From Fidelibacterota bacterium (GTDB taxonomy: Bacteria > Fidelibacterota > UBA2242): a stretch of 15,154 bases of DNA. The DNA is taken from positions 114,386-129,539 of the forward strand of contig JBNGDF010000005.1 of NCBI GenBank assembly GCA_049975265.1, read 5' to 3'. A model generated the notes under the pieces. The model had not been told where the DNA came from and did not search any database. It was given only the letters and a program-made list of their open reading frames with translations. This document shows positions 14,575-15,154 of the stretch, piece after piece; positions within the stretch are counted from its first letter, which is position 1; each line of letters starts with the position of its first letter. The position numbers and the translations under genes are program-made.

Positions 14575-15154
14575 TTTCGCTGTCAATTTCGAGGGCTTGA
14601 CGATAATATTTTTGGGCTTCTTCGGGTTTATTGAGTTTCATCAAAACATCACCCATGTGTTCCAGTACTTCGGCGTTATGTGGATTCGTGGAGAGCGCTT
14701 TTTCGATGTACTTTTGGGCGTCTTTGTAATTTTTCTGCAGATACAGAAGCCAACCCTTGGTATCGAGATAGGAGGCGTTATCCGGTTCAATCACCAGGGC
14801 TTTTTCCACCATTTGCAGAGCTTCTTCAATCCGCTCGCCGCGGAGCGCCAGACTGTAGGCATAGTTATTCAACGCTACCGCTTCATCGGGGTGTTGACTG
14901 ATAATCCGGTTGTAAAGACTGTCGGATAGCCGATATCGTTCCAGGGCTTCCCAGGTGTTTGCCAGCAGCAGTTGAGCCTGCAGATTGTCGGGCTTGATCG
15001 CGAGCACCCGTTGGAGATAGCGGACAGCTTCGTCATTGTTACCCTGATTGCTCAGGACATTCGCCCGGACGATGGGGAAGTAGCTCTGATCCGGAAATTT
15101 TTCCATGGCGGTGTCTGTAATGGAGAGAAGCGAATCGATTTCGTCATTCCGTGC
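14543..15154 (-). CDS. Tetratricopeptide repeat protein, 5'-truncated by the window edge
   Basis: The frame stays open upstream of the ATG at 15106 (ARNDEIDSLLSITDTA-MEKF...). TPR repeats include ALNNYAYSLA, ALVIEPDNASYLDTKGW, AEVLEHMGDVL and EAQKYYRQAL. Confidence 0.92.
   Translation of the reverse strand, partial: ARNDEIDSLLSITDTAMEKFPDQSYFPIVRANVLSNQGNNDEAVRYLQRVLAIKPDNLQAQLLLANTWEALERYRLSDSLYNRIISQHPDEAVALNNYAYSLALRGERIEEALQMVEKALVIEPDNASYLDTKGWLLYLQKNYKDAQKYIEKALSTNPHNAEVLEHMGDVLMKLNKPEEAQKYYRQALEIDSENERLQKKVSQ

Noticed and set aside
13927..14929. Long plus-strand ORFs (235 aa and 136 aa) and the other plus-strand ORFs in the track
   Set aside because: They are antisense shadows of well-supported minus-strand genes and have no recognisable motifs.
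1..15154. Mobile elements, CRISPR arrays, tRNA/rRNA or structured ncRNA
   Set aside because: The window is almost fully coding, with a largest gap of 64 nt. I saw no repeat arrays, transposase or integrase motifs.

Overview
This is a bacterial window, and every credible gene lies on the minus strand in one tightly packed glycan biosynthesis and modification locus. The TPR/DUF4292-like pair, the GT2/GT4 families and the ArsR-like regulator suggest an FCB-group organism (inference). In transcription order (right to left) the genes are: TPR protein (5'-truncated), DUF4292/LolB-like protein, polyprenyl-phosphate GT2, membrane GT2, SAM methyltransferase, GT4, D-glucuronyl C5-epimerase, asparagine-synthase-like amide ligase lacking the glutaminase Cys, threonine/cysteate-synthase-like PLP enzyme, Fe-S APS reductase (CysH), and a fold-III PLP decarboxylase. 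After an internal sigma70-type promoter with a palindromic operator come an ArsR-like regulator, a GT4, a sulfotransferase and a second asparagine-synthase-like ORF, which is missing from the ORF track and runs off the left edge. The main hypothesis is that the four-gene block at 3628-8870 makes taurine de novo (APS -> sulfite -> cysteate -> taurine) and amide-links it to uronic acids of a C5-epimerised, sulfated, glycosaminoglycan-like glycan. Family assignments rest on motifs read by eye. Substrates and pathway are inferred, and no database search was run.
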